Shown here: positions 48,271 to 61,535 of the stretch, one piece after another
Position numbering within the stretch: the first letter of the stretch is position 1
Layout of the letters: each line of letters opens with the position of its first letter
Source of the DNA: Vicugna vicugna
Lineage: Eukaryota
DNA: 64,000 nt
Direction: 5' to 3'
NCBI GenBank assembly: GCA_013265495.1
Contig: MU058198.1
Span: forward strand, 5,161,779-5,225,778
Notes under the pieces: generated by a model
Seen by the model: only the letters and a program-made list of their open reading frames with translations
Told to the model about the DNA's origin: nothing
The model's database searches: none
Translations under genes and position numbers: made by a program

Positions 48271-49709
48271 AAGGGTATAGGGGTTAGCCATCATTACATT
48301 TGGCTCTAGTCAACACTTCTAGGACAAAGTAAGCATGGGTAAGAATCAGAATCAGAATCCAGGTTTTTGGATGTCTGACCTTGGATCAGCCAGGAAACTG
48401 CAGTGGTCCTTAGTTTACTTACTTGGAAAATGGGTCGAGTGAGTCAAGCCTGACTTAGAAGAGGATTCTCGGGTGTGATGAAGCAAATCCTGTTGTACAG
48501 AGTGTTAAATCCTAGAACCTGGAAGAAAGGGAGGCTGTGACTTAGATGGAATTTCAGGTTGATCTGAACTAAGGTCTGAGGGAACATGAAAGTGGACTTT
48601 AGTATAAGAAGAGGCGGATTGGGGGTTGAGGTTCGCAGGGGAGAGCCCTCTTCCTGAGAAGTGATCCTGACTCTTCCGATTTATTGGGAAAGGCAGCTTT
48701 GACTAGAGCGGCAGTATTCTGAAAGAATGTGTCAAGATCGGGGTCTAAAAAAAAAAGTTTTGAATGTGAATACCCACATAATGGGTCAAGCCAGTTTCCA
48801 ATTGAGAAGAAAGCGGTAGATATGCCCCTGTCAATAACAGAACCCCTTAAACAAATTGCTTTGGTTCAGTGAGCATAAAGGAGGAGGGAAGGGAGATGAC
48901 TAGTTTTCTCCTCAAGGGACCAAGCCAGCCTTGTTCTTCCCTATGTCTGCAGTGCCAGCTCAGTCTGCCCACACTTGGGATTTGGAATGTTGGATAGGGT
49001 GGTGATTAGCTGTGTGAAGTTGCATAAAACTTAGTGTCTCTGATCCTCATGTTTCATTCTTTCTCCAAAAGGATTAACATGTGTTCTCCCATCTACATGA
49101 TATTTAAATGCACGGACTTGGAGATCAGATGGGCTTGCATTAAGTTCCTGCCTTGGGATCTTGGGGTGTCTTGTGGGGATTTGAGTTCCATGAAGGCAGG
49201 GACAATGTTATCTTCCTTTTCACCTACTGATCTATAGCACCAGAATAAGAGCTACCATGGAGTCAGTGCTCAGAAAACATTTGTGAATCAACTAACAGCT
49301 CTATTCTGCTTTTAGCCTATCAAGCATTTGCCTAGATTTCTTCTTCTCTCCCTGACGCTCCAGGCAGTCCCTCCACTAGCCTTCTCAGCATTAGAAAGCT
49401 GGGAGAGAATGATGTTGGTTGTGTTCAGATCTCAGTCTCCCGAGTTAGGCTCTGTTGCCATGGCTATGCAGAGGCGGTGGAAGGGAAGACACACTGTGTG
49501 AATAGGCTCACTTTCTGGAGTTCCTTATCAGGCGGGAAGAGACACTGGCACTGTTTTCCCACTCAGGTTTCAGGGATGTTTGTGATACAAGTAACCTGAG
49601 GACTAAACTGATGCTGGAGGACAAAAACTGGACATATGGAATCATGAAAAACTGAGCTCAATTCCAGTTCTTTTCTTTATCAGCTCTGGGTCTGAAGTAG
49701 ACATCTACT

Positions 49710-50180
49710 GACCAGACACTGTTTTAGTCACAGGAATACAATGGAGAGCCAGAAAGGCAAGGTCTCTGATCTGGATCTAACATTCCAGTGCAGGGAGACA
49801 GATGGTCCCCATCAACATATAAATAGTTAAAATAATTCCAGATGATAACACATACTCTGAGGGAAACGAGTGGTTCATTTAATGAGTTCATACAACAGAT
49901 ATTCATTGAGCACTCACTATGTATCAGGCGCTGTCCTAGGTGCTGAAGACACAAAGGGTTGAAAATATTAATAGACTCTAATCTCAGATTCTACATTCTG
50001 ATGGGAAAAGTCAGACAATAAAAGATGAACATAGATGTTGGGTGGTGATGAGAATGATGATGACAAATGAAGCAGATGGAGTGAAACTACATGTAGGTAC
50101 ATGTGCTTGTGTGTGAGTGCCTTGTATTTCAGACAAGGTGGTCAGGGAATTTCTCTTTGATTAGGTGGCAGGCATTTGAG
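49710..50180 (-). mobile_element. L2 3' end remnants (two in tandem)
   Basis: TTCATACAACAGATATTCATTGAGCACTCACTATGTATCAGGCGCTGTCCTAGGTGCTG. Confidence 0.75.
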
Positions 50181-51129
50181 CAGTGACAGAACTACTCCTA
50201 AGCTCAATTTCTGCTGAAAACGTGGAGCATGGTATTTATTTAGCTTTTAGGTTGTACTGAGGATTAAATGAGGTGCTAATTTTGAATGTACCTGACCAGG
50301 TGCCTGGAATATAGAAAACATTTAGAAAGTGATGACTATTATTATTGTTGCTGATGATGTTGTTGCTATTGTTATGACTACAGGTGGTCCACAGTTGTTA
50401 TGCTGGTCTGTGAAAACTGAGTCAGAATCCATATTCCCTCCACTAGATTCTCAAGGGAACATATCTACATGAAGAGAAGGAAGAGCTCAGGAAAGGAAGA
50501 AAATTGGGGATTTTTTCCCCCCACAGTCACTGCAGCATCTGCTAGAGGCTGAAATCTTCATTAACTCAGACAGGGGAATGTTCCTATTTCTAGACTTTTC
50601 AACGTGTGATGTTCACGGAGCCAGCAGTGCTGCTGGCTGTGTGCCTTAGAGTGGCTGAGTGAAGGAGCCGGCAACCCCTCCAAGTGTAGGGGAGACCCTG
50701 CATGTGTGGTCTGAGGATGCTCTGGCTGTCTGGTCCCCCCACGGCATGGAAGGAGGAGACTGCCTCCACCTTGTTTAGCCACTCGACTCATCCTCCACAT
50801 CCTGGATCCAACTCAGCTTATTCCATAATGGCTCAGCCACCTAGAGAAACCACATAGTCCGAAGCCAGTTGTAAAGAGAATGCAAGTGTATGTTAGTACG
50901 ACTAATGATGAAAAAATGAGTCCAGATCCTGGAAGAAAGAGGCTTCTAGCACAATAGTGGCCCTTAGTGATCACTTCTCTGAACACCTTTGTCTTACAAC
51001 GGGGAGAACGGTGCTATTTATTCCCTGGGCCAAGACCACCCAAATGAATTCATGATGAACTAGGAGTTAGAAATCAGATCCATATTTTTCAAATGGAGGC
51101 TCACAAAAATCTAAGGAGTAATGATCATA

Positions 51130-52150
51130 TCTGTCTGTCTTTAAGCAGGAAATAGAAATGACTTCAAGTATTTAAAACAGAAGGAATGTAATGGAGAGAA
51201 TTATTTACCCAGATGAGAGAGATGCTGAGACCAAACATAAGATAATGAGGTGACCTAGAATTCAGATATAGCCAGAGGCTGCTGCTAACGCTAGGCCAGA
51301 GAGGTAAAAAGAAGAGGTCATGCTACCAGAGTTCAGGGTCACCCGGCAAAAACTAGAACCATGGTGGATCTGTCTGGGAAGAGCTGAAGCCATGAGAGGT
51401 ACACAGTCCCTGCCCCAGAAGCCATCATCACAGAGTAGGAGAGGGAAAAAGCCCTGTGTCTCTTTTCTCCTTGCTGTTCCACATCAAGCCAGTGCTTGCC
51501 TTTGACCAAACCCAATAGGAAACCAGCTGCCTTAGAAGAGAGGAAAATAATGCTCCTCTAACCTTCTAGGTTCTTAGCTGAGTCTCCCCCTATGATACAA
51601 GACAGATTCAGAGGAGAAAAACAAATGAAAGTATATAATAACAGAGATACATGGCAGATACCCAGGAAAATAGTTACTCCCCCAAATGTCCCAAGCCCTT
51701 ACCTTGAATACCATCTTAGACAAAAGACAAAAGATGATGGGGGAAGGGGAAGGCAGTTATGGGAGGTTACCAGGAAAAGCACAGTAAACAAGGGTAAGGC
51801 TGGTATGCAGGTTTAACTTGCTGCCATCTTTATTGATTAGTTTGTAGAGATTTGGTCACCTTCCTCTTCAGTGGTACAGAAAGGGAGACACCCTTAGAAA
51901 TGGAGATTTCTCTGATAAGTGTAAACAACCCTTACAAAAGGATAACTTTACTAGGTTTTCACAGCTTTTCCTATGTCTGCTGTTTCTTAAAAATAACCAG
52001 TTCAGAATAATCCTTATGTCAGAGGTACATTGTTGGGTAGGTAACCTACTCTTCTCACCTTCAGAAGCCTAAGAAATGCAGCTGCACAGAGGGAGTCCCA
52101 CTGAAATGTAGAACAGAGCAGAGGGAGGGCAAGAAACCAATGTGAGGATA
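51130..52150 (-). mobile_element. ERVL LTR41-like, split by an ERV1 LTR
   Basis: CAGGAAATAGAAATGACTTCAAGTATTTAAAACAGAAGGAAT..., TTTGACCAAACCCAATAGGAAACCAG; resumes at GAAGCCTAAGAAATGCAGC. Confidence 0.6.
51531..52063 (-). mobile_element. ERV1 solo LTR (MER34/MER39/LTR39-like)
   Basis: Right end CCTTCA; TCTGCTGTTTCTTAAAAATAACCAG..AATAATCCTTATG and AGACAGATTCAGAGGAGAAAAACAAA motifs. Confidence 0.75.
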
Positions 52151-52354
52151 AACAACCAGCAACACAATAGTAGTCACGACCTTCTACTGAACATGGGCTA
52201 TGTGTTAACATTGTGGAAAGGACAGTTGGTACCAAGACCAGTAATGGAACTCATCCAGGCAATTGCCCTGGTTATTTAAGTACCAGCATCCCCATTTTGC
52301 ATTAGGACACTAAGGCTGGGCAAGGCTAAGTGATTTTCCCACAGGTGGCGCTTT

Positions 52355-55300
52355 TCAGGATATTGGGGAAATTTCCCTCTATATTTAGATTCTTCTGGTC
52401 TAAGAATGAAACTGACATGAGACGGATAAACAGGAGAAAAACACATTTGATTATGTATGTTCTGAATTCCTCTCTTCTCAAGGTCCCTAAAACATCTTGA
52501 AGTTTCTGCACCTGCCAGGAAGTGTGATCTTCCTTATTAACCTGGTAAGGCTGCTGGGAACCCCATAAGCAAGATACTAGCCCGTTTTTGTTTTGTTTGT
52601 CTTAAAGGGCTTTTTTGGCTCTATAAAGTCACCTTAGTTCCTTAATGCTGTCTGGTTATATCTGAGTCTATGACTGTCCCTTTCAAATATAATATTCTCC
52701 AACTTTGGTAATACAATTGATGTTTCCAACTGTGTCCTGCTACAAGGAGAAGAGATTCTTATTGAACTTGTGTATATAAGTAGATTGCCATAAAAATAAG
52801 ACTAATCACTATGAGCTTCCAAATTCTGGAGGGATTGGGTGGGAAGAAGAAGATAAATGTCTTAATTCTGTTTACAAAGGTATAAATTACCAAGTTGTTG
52901 AAGTCATAATTAGCTTAAGAGGAAAGGCTTGTTTATATCTAGAAAACAAAAGATTAAAGAATCAGAAATATTTTAAATAAAAAATTATAAAAATGATAAT
53001 CATTCTCATTTGTTCATTCAGTCCCATGTAATTAATTTCTTGCTCTTCTTTTGTTAGAAGTTTTACGAAGCCATCAGTTTTTCCATTAGGATTCTGTAAA
53101 TTCTTACCCAGCTCAGTGGTACAATTTAAAAGTTATCAGAAACTTGTGTTCTATTTGTTAGGTTTCTTTCCATAATTTTTTCTGGAGATGAAACACATTT
53201 GCAGGAAGCTTTTGTAAAATCATCGGAGTAAAACAATAACTGTCTGTAAATGATAAAAGACTTTAAAATGTCCTTTGTTAGAGTTTATTCAATAAGACAG
53301 TGTAGTTATTTTTGTGATGTACAACATTTTAAGATAACAACCAACATTATGATGATAACATAATACTAAACCATATCAGATTTTTATGAATTTCATATAA
53401 TTTCTGAAACACATAATATATGCCTATACAAATACAATCTAAAAATTTAGCATTACTTCTTAATTGACAATGCTTCCTATGTAATTTAACATACCAAATA
53501 AGTGTAATTAGTTTAATATTTTTGTTCTACCAGGAGGGAGAGCAAATGTTTTGAGGTTTTTCTAGGGGCCCTCTGGGAAAATCGTAAAATTACTTGCAGG
53601 TCAAAAAGACCTTATTTAGAACTTGATTTGGGGGAAGCTTGTCAGAAATATCAAAAGGTTATTAAATACTTGGTAAAATAAGATCATAGGTTGCTATAAA
53701 ACAATATTTAGTTGTCCATTTAACCATGGTAACAATTAAAAACTTCATAGGCAAATATAAAAAGTCAAATAATTGTAAGTAAAATTTAGCTCTTGTAATA
53801 GAGTAAGCTAAGTTTTCTTAGGTACTTTAGGTAATTAAAAGACCTGATAACACAGGAAATTATTTTGATAAAACACAAAATCCCTGCTTTTTAGGCAATC
53901 TAGTGAAAGGTAAATAAAAATCTCTTTGTCAAGAGTAGACCGATAGTTTAAAAACTTTGTTATTTTAGCAGATGAAAGAAAATTGAGTTCTAGTTTTATT
54001 TAAGTACCTGATTGGTATTAAAGTTTAATTTAAAAAACCCTTATGTAAACTGAATTTTAGCCAACCTGACTATGTAAGGTTTCCTGTTTTTCCTTCTCTC
54101 TCTTCAACTTTTTATGCTTACAGTTCGTCCTTTTAGCAGATGGAAAACCCAGATTCTAATTTTGCACCAGCTTACTTTTGATATTAAAATTCATTTACTT
54201 GATTAAATGTATTTCAATTTTAGCTCGACCAAGTAATAAAACTCTTTTCTCACGATTCTTGTTTCATACACCTCTATAATCTTATTATATTTAGATTTTG
54301 TTCTATGCTTTCCCTCCATTTCAGTCTTTTTAGGCTAATATTACTTTATTTTCTCTTAAACAAAATGCATTTCCATATCTTATTCCTTCTTTTACTGAAA
54401 ACACATATTTTATTTTCCTTGCATATTAAGACTTTCCTTTATTAATTTTAGTATCTTTTTTACATTTTTTAATTGAGTTGCAGTCATTTTACAATGTTGT
54501 GTCAAATTCCAGTGTACAGCACAATTTTTCAGTTATACATGAACATACATATATTCATTGTCACATTCTCTTTCACTGTGAGCTAACACAAGATCCTGTA
54601 TATATTTCCCTGTGCTACACAGTACAGTCTTGTTTATCTATTCTACATTTTGAAATCCCAGTCCTTTCCCACCCCCGTCCCACTGGCAACCATAAGTTTG
54701 TGTTCTGTGTCTATGAGTCTGTTTCTGTTTTGTATTTTTTTTAGATTCCGCATATGAGTGATCTCATATGGTATTTTTCTTTCTCTTTCTGGCTTACTTC
54801 ACTTAGAATGACGTTCTCCAGTAACATCCATGTTGCTGCAATTGGTGTTACGTTGTCAGTTTTTATGGCTGAATAGTATTCCATTGTATAAATATATCAC
54901 CTCTTCTTTATCCAGTCATCTGTTGATGGACATTTAGGCTGTTTCCATGTCTTGGTTGTTGTAAATAGTGCTGCTATGAACATTGGGGTGCAGGTGTCTT
55001 TTTGAAGTAGGGTTCCTTCTGGATATATGTCCAAGAGCAGGATTCCTGGGTCTAATTTTAGTATTTTTAATTACATACGTTAATTAGAATTTTTAACCAT
55101 TACAAACGTTAATTTTTAGTGAAAACTAAAAGTAAACAATTATAAATTGTCTTTTCCATTAGCATTTTGTGGATTGGCAGACTTATAAGTTTTTAAAAAT
55201 AACTTCTAGGTGTGCTTCTCATAGTAAAATTTTTCAGTAAAGCACAAGGCAAGTTTACCAACAAACCCAAATTTATCTTTTGGTTCCTTTGCAGTAGGAA

Positions 55301-56060
55301 GCTAAAAGTAGATAAGCATGTTCAGCAATTAATGTTCAATATTTTATCTTATTTGGAAATGATCCAGATATCAATATATTTTCATCATGAAATTAGCTTA
55401 GCAAATTCCTGAAGTGTCAAGCTACCAAAACATTTTGAAAGCTATTTTTAAGTACACATTGTAGTAAAGCATATTTATTGCACCTGAAAACTCTTATTAT
55501 ACCTGTATAATTTATTTATTTTGAATAATTATGAAATGAAGTGCTACAAAAATTTGATCATACCAAGTTTTTTGTTTGTGTTTTTTTTTTGTTTTTGCTG
55601 AGAGATTTAACAGAGATAACATGAGCTTATTTGACTAATAAACCCGGGTGGAATAAAAGTTTTATATTGAATGTTGATAACTCTAAGACATGCCTCTGTT
55701 AATTAAACCACAAATTTTTAAATTACTTTTAATAATGAGTATTTTTCCCAGCTCATGTAAACCTGAAAAGCATTTGGGTTAGTTTCCGTTATATTTCTGA
55801 GAACTTTAGAAATACTTAATTTATAGACACTTAATTCTAAACCAATTAAATACAGCTCTTTATAAACTAATTTTAGTAATACCATTCAGAAGTAGAAAAA
55901 GATCACACATCTAAAATATATAGGGGGAGAGACATATACAAACACATAGACATATACAAACAGAGATTTTACAGCTTTTGCTTTTTAAAAAATGAAGTCA
56001 TGAGGTGAGTATAATGGTTTAAAACTCACTAGCATTCCAGAGTTGATGGCTTTAGCTCCT
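52355..56060 (-). mobile_element. MER4-group ERV1 internal region (non-coding, AT-rich) preceded by about 100 bp of MER34-like LTR end
   Basis: CCTGCCAGGAAGTG..CCTGGTAAGGCTGCTGGGAACC, CAGTCCCATGTAATTAATT, GACAATGCTTCCTATGTAATTTAACATACCAAATAAG and GGGGCCCTCTGGGAAA are typical of MER4-group internal sequences. No ORF. Confidence 0.75.
54455..55052 (-). mobile_element. Young camelid-type L1 3' end inserted in the ERV internal region
   Basis: CTTCTTTATCCAGTCATCTGTTGATGGACATTTAGGCTGTTTCCATGTCTTGG (ORF2 terminus, antisense). Perfect 12-bp TSD TAATTTTAGTAT (54443-54454, 55053-55064). Confidence 0.93.
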
Positions 56061-56429
56061 TATGGGAAAAGAATAAGAAATCACCGATATTTCTCGAACA
56101 GGGCTAGTTATATCTGTTGGGAAACACATTAAAACACTAGTTTTCTAGAAAAATAAATATTAACATATTTATAGAAGAGAATGATCAGTTTCTAAGGCTT
56201 TTTTTTCCCCATTTGTTATTAAGGTGTAATTTACATATATTCAATTCAACCTTTAAATGTGAGTTATTTTCCTACATTTGTACTTAAAACTGTCTAATCT
56301 TTGGAAGATAAATGTCCTGCATATAAGGAGCATGTCTTTTAAACATTGAAAAAAACCTTTGTAATATCCTGTAGATTAAAAAAAGAAAAAAGACTATAGG
56401 TGCCTTCCATCTTGTTTTCATAGCCTTTC

Positions 56430-56864
56430 AGTAGAGGACTGTGCAGCTCCTTCTCTCAAAAGGTGGAGGTTATATCCCCTCCTTTGAAACTGGGCTGGGT
56501 TTGTGACTTGCTTTGGCTAGCACAGTGTGACAAAAGCAATTCTATTCCAGTTCTTAGCTAAGGACAGAAGTAACTTTGCAACTTACTTCCTATCTTGGGA
56601 TTCTACCCATCATCACTGAAAGCCTGGGTGAGGTTGCTGAAGGATGAGACTATTAGAGATGAAGCATCTCAGTTGAGTCCATCCTAGACCAGCAGCTCCC
56701 AGCTCAACGTGGCTGACCACTGATGTCCAAGTCAGCCCAAAGGAGATCCAAAGAGCCATCCTATTGAGCTCAGTCTAACCTGCCCATCTATGTTAACCAA
56801 AAGACTGCTGTTTTGAGACTAAGTTTAGGGAAATTTTGTTACTTAACAAAAGCTAACCAATACA
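56430..56864 (+). mobile_element. ERVL-MaLR LTR (MLT1G/H-like)
   Basis: CCTTTGAAACTGGGCTGGGTTTGTGACTTGCTTTGGC...CTAAGTTTAGGGAAATTTTGTTAC..GCTAACCAATACA. Confidence 0.8.
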
Positions 56865-57879
56865 TAACCAGGTAGAGTCAGCAGATTATCATGTCTATCA
56901 CACTATGTCACTTTACAAGGACAATGGTTTGAATGCCAGCTCTGTTATGTATGCTGGTGTGACCTTGGGTAAGTCATTCGCGCTGCCTCCCTTCATCTTT
57001 AAAGGAGGACCAATAATCTAACTTACTTCTCATGGTTGTGAGTATTGAAAAACACAAAATCAATGCTGAGCGTGAACGGGGAGGTGCTGTGTTAGAACTG
57101 ATGACCTTCAAGCTTCCTTGCAAACTTGAGGTTTCACATGGACTGTATAAATATAGCTTATTAGTATTATCATTATGCATGGAGTAGACACGTAATCAAT
57201 ACTGATGACACTTGGAATAAAATTGCTAAGGCCTGCAAGTGAAAGGAGATCATTTTTCCCAGGGCCCATTCACAGTGTCCCGACCTGTCTTCTGGAAACA
57301 TTTGGCAAAGAATTGTGATAAAGCGATAAAGCGGACCCTCCCACACATGATCACAAAAAACTCACATGGTCCTTGAATCTTGTGTTCTGAAACTATCTAG
57401 GAGGCAAAGGGAATAAGAAGAGAGTCTGAGGCAGTTTCTGTCTCTGCTCCCACACTTCTTCAGAGGGTCAGGAGCAAGGGCTGAGAATTTCCTAGGGCAA
57501 CTCTGAATTTAACACTTTCTAAATAGTCAAGCCCCGAAGGACTGACCCTAGTCATTAATAATGCAAGAACATTTGGAGGAATTGTCATCCTCCCACCACA
57601 AGGTGTTGATTTGGCCCGGATGTGTCAGCTTACCATGGTGAGTGTGCCTCCCCAGAAAAATAAATGAACTCAAAGCTTTAAGACCACTGGGTGCCTGAGC
57701 CTCCCGGGGCCAATTCTTTTAATGAGTTTTTCCAACCCGAGCAAATGTGGCTGGGAAGTCAAAAAAGACCATCTGAGTCCTAGGACACCCAATCATCCTG
57801 GGGATAATCAATCATTCATTCATTCATTCATTCATTCCTAAAATCAAGATGATTGTGGATATGAATGTGGATAACAGCT

Positions 57880-58120
57880 AGGAGTTTGGGCTTTGGTACT
57901 AAACTTCTTGAGGCAGAATTCCAGCTTTGCCACTCCGCAGCAGTGTGACTTTTGGCAAGGTATTTAACTTCTCTGAGCTTACTACCTCGTCTATAAAATA
58001 GGGGTAACAACAACAACAAACAACTCCTTGGATTCTGGTGGAGATAAATTGTTTAATTTGCAATACCACTTAGAATCATGCAAGTGCGAGGACTCCATTA
58101 ATGTTTATTATTATTATTAT
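57880..58120 (+). mobile_element. MIR SINE, preceded by (TTCA)n at about 57812-57837
   Basis: GTGTGACTTTTGGCAAGGTATTTAACTTCTCTGAGCTT..CTATAAAATAGGG. Confidence 0.8.
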
Positions 58121-58534
58121 TTTACTATATATTATGATTCTACTGCATGCCAGATTCCATGATGGGAGGTGGATAGGCTGTGAGAAACTAAATGTAAAAT
58201 GACCTTGTCCTCATAAAGTTCACATTCTATAAGAAAAGAGTGTTTAGTGATCAAGTGAATAATGGAATAAACTACTTTCAGGTTTCTAGCCGTGCAGTAA
58301 AGGAGAGGAACAGGGAGAAGCAGAGGGCAGATGATCCAGGACCGTCTTCAGCTGAGACCTGAGTGATGAGAAAGAGCCCGCAAGGGAACAGTGGAGAAAG
58401 AGGGTTCCAGACAGAGGAAAGAACATGTGTAAAGGCCCTGGAGCACAGAGGAGGTTGACATTTTCAAAGGAAAAATGAAAACCATGAGAATGGAGGTCAG
58501 TGAGGGATGAGCAGAGTAGTAGGGGTGCCATAAA

Positions 58535-59388
58535 CTCGGCGGAGAAATTTGTGACGACATAGATCTATCTGGTGGAAGTGATGCTGAATGAAATAAACCG
58601 GACGCGGAAAGACTAGTAAATATTGCATCATCCCACTTATACATGGAATTTGAAATAGCGGAGAGCGGCATGGGAATTGGGGAAAGTGTGGAAGTGACGG
58701 TCAAAGGGTAAAAGGTGTCGGTTATGCAAGATAGACAAGTTCTGGAGAGCTATTGTACCATAGTGTCTAGAGCTAACAATATTGTCTTATATACTTAAAA
58801 TTTGCTAAGAGATTAGATCCTATGCTAACTGCTCTTACCACTAAAAAAAAAAAAAGTAGTAACAACAATAGTCATAATAATAAAATTAAGGAGGCAGTAG
58901 GAAACTTTAGGAGGAGATGGATATGCTTAGGGCTTTGATGATGGTGATGGTTTCATGAGTGGGTACTTATCCCTGAACTCATTGACTTGTACACAGTAAA
59001 TATGAACTGCTTTGACTCACAGATTTAAAGAACAAACTAGTGATTACCAATGGGGAGAGGGATGAGGGGAGGGGCAATAGAGGAATAGGAGATTAAGAGG
59101 CAAAAATTGCTATGTATAAAATAAACAAGCTACAAGGAGATATTTTACAATACAGGGAATAGTCAATATTTTATAATAACTATCAGTGGAGTGTAACCTT
59201 TAAAAATTGTGAATCACTATATTGTACACCCTTAACATACAATATCGTAAAGCAACTATACTTCAATTTGAAAAAGAATCTGCAGATACAAACACATGAA
59301 TTCAATGACGCCCTTGGTCAAAATTATTTTTTAAAAAATATACACTGCTTTTCAAATGTCAATCACACCTCAGTAAAGGTGTTTAAAA
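58535..59388 (+). mobile_element. L1MA9-like 3' end hosting a younger L1
   Basis: CAAGTTCTGGAGAGCTATTGTAC..ATACTTAAAATTTGCTAAGAGATTAGATC..; resumes at TGTCAATCACACCTCAGTAAAG. Confidence 0.8.
59014..59335 (+). mobile_element. Nested L1 3' UTR with extra 3' sequence
   Basis: GACTCACAGATTTAAAGAACAAACTAGTG...CAACTATACTTCAATT. TSD AAATATGAACTGCTTT / AAATATACACTGCTTT (58998-59013, 59336-59351). Confidence 0.85.
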
Positions 59389-59389
59389 A

Positions 59390-59497
59390 CAGAATATGAA
59401 AAGGAATGTATTCACATGTGTATAAATGAAGGACTATGCTGTACACCAGAAATTAGCACAAGGTTGTGAATCAACTATACATCAACTGAAGAAAAAG
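59390..59497 (+). mobile_element. Short cetartiodactyl-type L1 3' terminus
   Basis: ATATGAAAAGGAATG..GCTGTACACCAGAAATTAGCACAA aligns to 7300-7390. Confidence 0.8.
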
Positions 59498-61049
59498 AAG
59501 TGGGCAAGGGATTCTCCATGTAGGCTACGGCAAAAATAAAAGAATGAAAATAAGTAAAATGCAAATCATTGTTAAAAATGCATAGGTTGCTTATCTTCTC
59601 TCCAATTTACTTGTGCTTTTATTCCGTTTATTCACAATGTGCTGGGCTTAAGAGAATTCAAATAACTTTTGCAAAGTCATAGTACCCTCTGCGCTTCACC
59701 CTTAACTCTGCAGGTTCTCTGGCATCTGTTCAGCTCTGTACCTCATCTCCCAGTAATTCCCTAAGGTCTACCTGAAATTTATGGCTCATTTTTGGATCTG
59801 CATTTCCCATCCTCTCTCTCACTTCTAGATGATTTCATATTTGAGCACCGGAAGCCACACCCAAGCCACCAGAAGGAGCTAGTCTTAGAAATACTAATCC
59901 TCTAGCTCCTGTTCTTCTGCAGTTGGTGTCTAGAAACTTCCACCTGCCAGTGCTTTGGGGATCAAAGAAAAGACATATTCATCATGTTAGCGAAAGCCCT
60001 TCAGGTATAAGGAGAACTTTCAAGATTCAGAGTTTTGTAGAGTAAGGACACAGATGACCTAGGGCCAGTGATGTCACAGTTGTTCAAGCAAAGGATTAAT
60101 GGCATCAATAAGGGATGAGTGCTTACCACATGTGCATGCATCTCAGCAACATCAAAGCCTGTGGGGGACACCGGAACAAACTGTGTCAATTTTCTGAGCC
60201 TCAGCTACTCACTTGTAAAAAGGAATTAAAAATTGTATCCCAATATTCCAATCACAGATACTTATGACATGCTTAGTATGTACTAGGTGTTGTTCCATTG
60301 TACATTTATGTCCCTTTTAAATCTTTACGTCCATTTTTAACCTCTATGTAAACCCAGTGAGGCAGGGACTGTTACTATTCCCATTTCAGAAATGATGATG
60401 TTAAAGAATAAGAGTCAAGGGAACTTATCCAAAGTCACAAAGTTAGGAAGGGACTAAACAAAAATTCAAACCTTGACTGTCCTGCCCCAGAGTTTCTGTA
60501 AAGAGTAGGAATGGTATTTAGTTCATATTACGTGCTTAACAGTCTTTGAAACCTTTCTTCTCATTTCCAAGGGGAACTTGGGCTAGTCATGCTAACTATG
60601 CAATGACTGCAGTTTATTTTTGTGTGTAGGGACTGAACATCCAGCGGCAATGAATGGAATGGTGGGAAAAGAGGTTTCAAATAAGGAAGTTGTGGTTAGA
60701 GGCTGGGAACTCAAACCCGATGAGCTAACTTGAGAAATTCAAATGAACTCATGCTGATGAAAATTTATTTTTCAACTAAAACGATTTTGCTTTACAATTT
60801 ATGATTATTATGATAGTGTTCAGAATGAAGATGGTATAGGTGATGGTGATGATGGTGGGGAAGTGGGTGGTGGGTGTGATGTTTCTGGTGTGATTATGCC
60901 CTCACTGGTGACTAGGGAAACAATAAAGTTCCATGAACTGTTTCTTGCTTCCATATTTTTCTTACACATTTCCCCCTTTTCCTGGATTTTTCTTGCTCAT
61001 CCCTGGTTGATTGTATGTCTGGAGAATGAATTTCCACCTATCTTCTTCT

Positions 61050-61535
61050 CTCCATCTTTACTGTCATTTCCAGGTCTAATGTGCCATAATTTCTCACCTA
61101 AACGACTACAGCAACTTCCCAACTGCTCTCTTCACTTCAAATCTCAACTTTTCTTTTACCCTTAACCGCGCTGAATCCATTCTCCACTTGGCAGCCCGAA
61201 TGATCATGGAAAAGTAGAAATCATATTTTGTTACTCCCTGGTCTAAAAATTCTTCATCTAGAAAAGAAACATGAAAAACTTACTTCTTACCATTTCCTAT
61301 AAAGCCCTTCATGATGTGACCCAGCTCTGCAACCTCATTTTATGTCACTCTGCCCTTTGACCACTAAGCTCTAGCCACACCATTATCTCTTCAGATCTCT
61401 GAACAGTCCAAGTGTTTATCAACTCAGGGATCTTTCAGACTAGTCACTTTAACTATTCTTTTCACTGCTCTAAGCCCAGAGGCTGGCACACTACATGGTC
61501 ATTGCTAATATACACGTGTTGAATGAATGAACAAA
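61050..61535 (+). mobile_element. L2 3' end
   Basis: TCCATTCTCCACTTGGCAGCCCGAATGATC... ending GGCTGGCACACTAC..GTTGAATGAATGAA. Confidence 0.75.

Noticed and set aside
52355..56060. Retroviral gag/pol/env coding potential
   Set aside because: AT-rich with no long ORF or retroviral protein motif in any frame.
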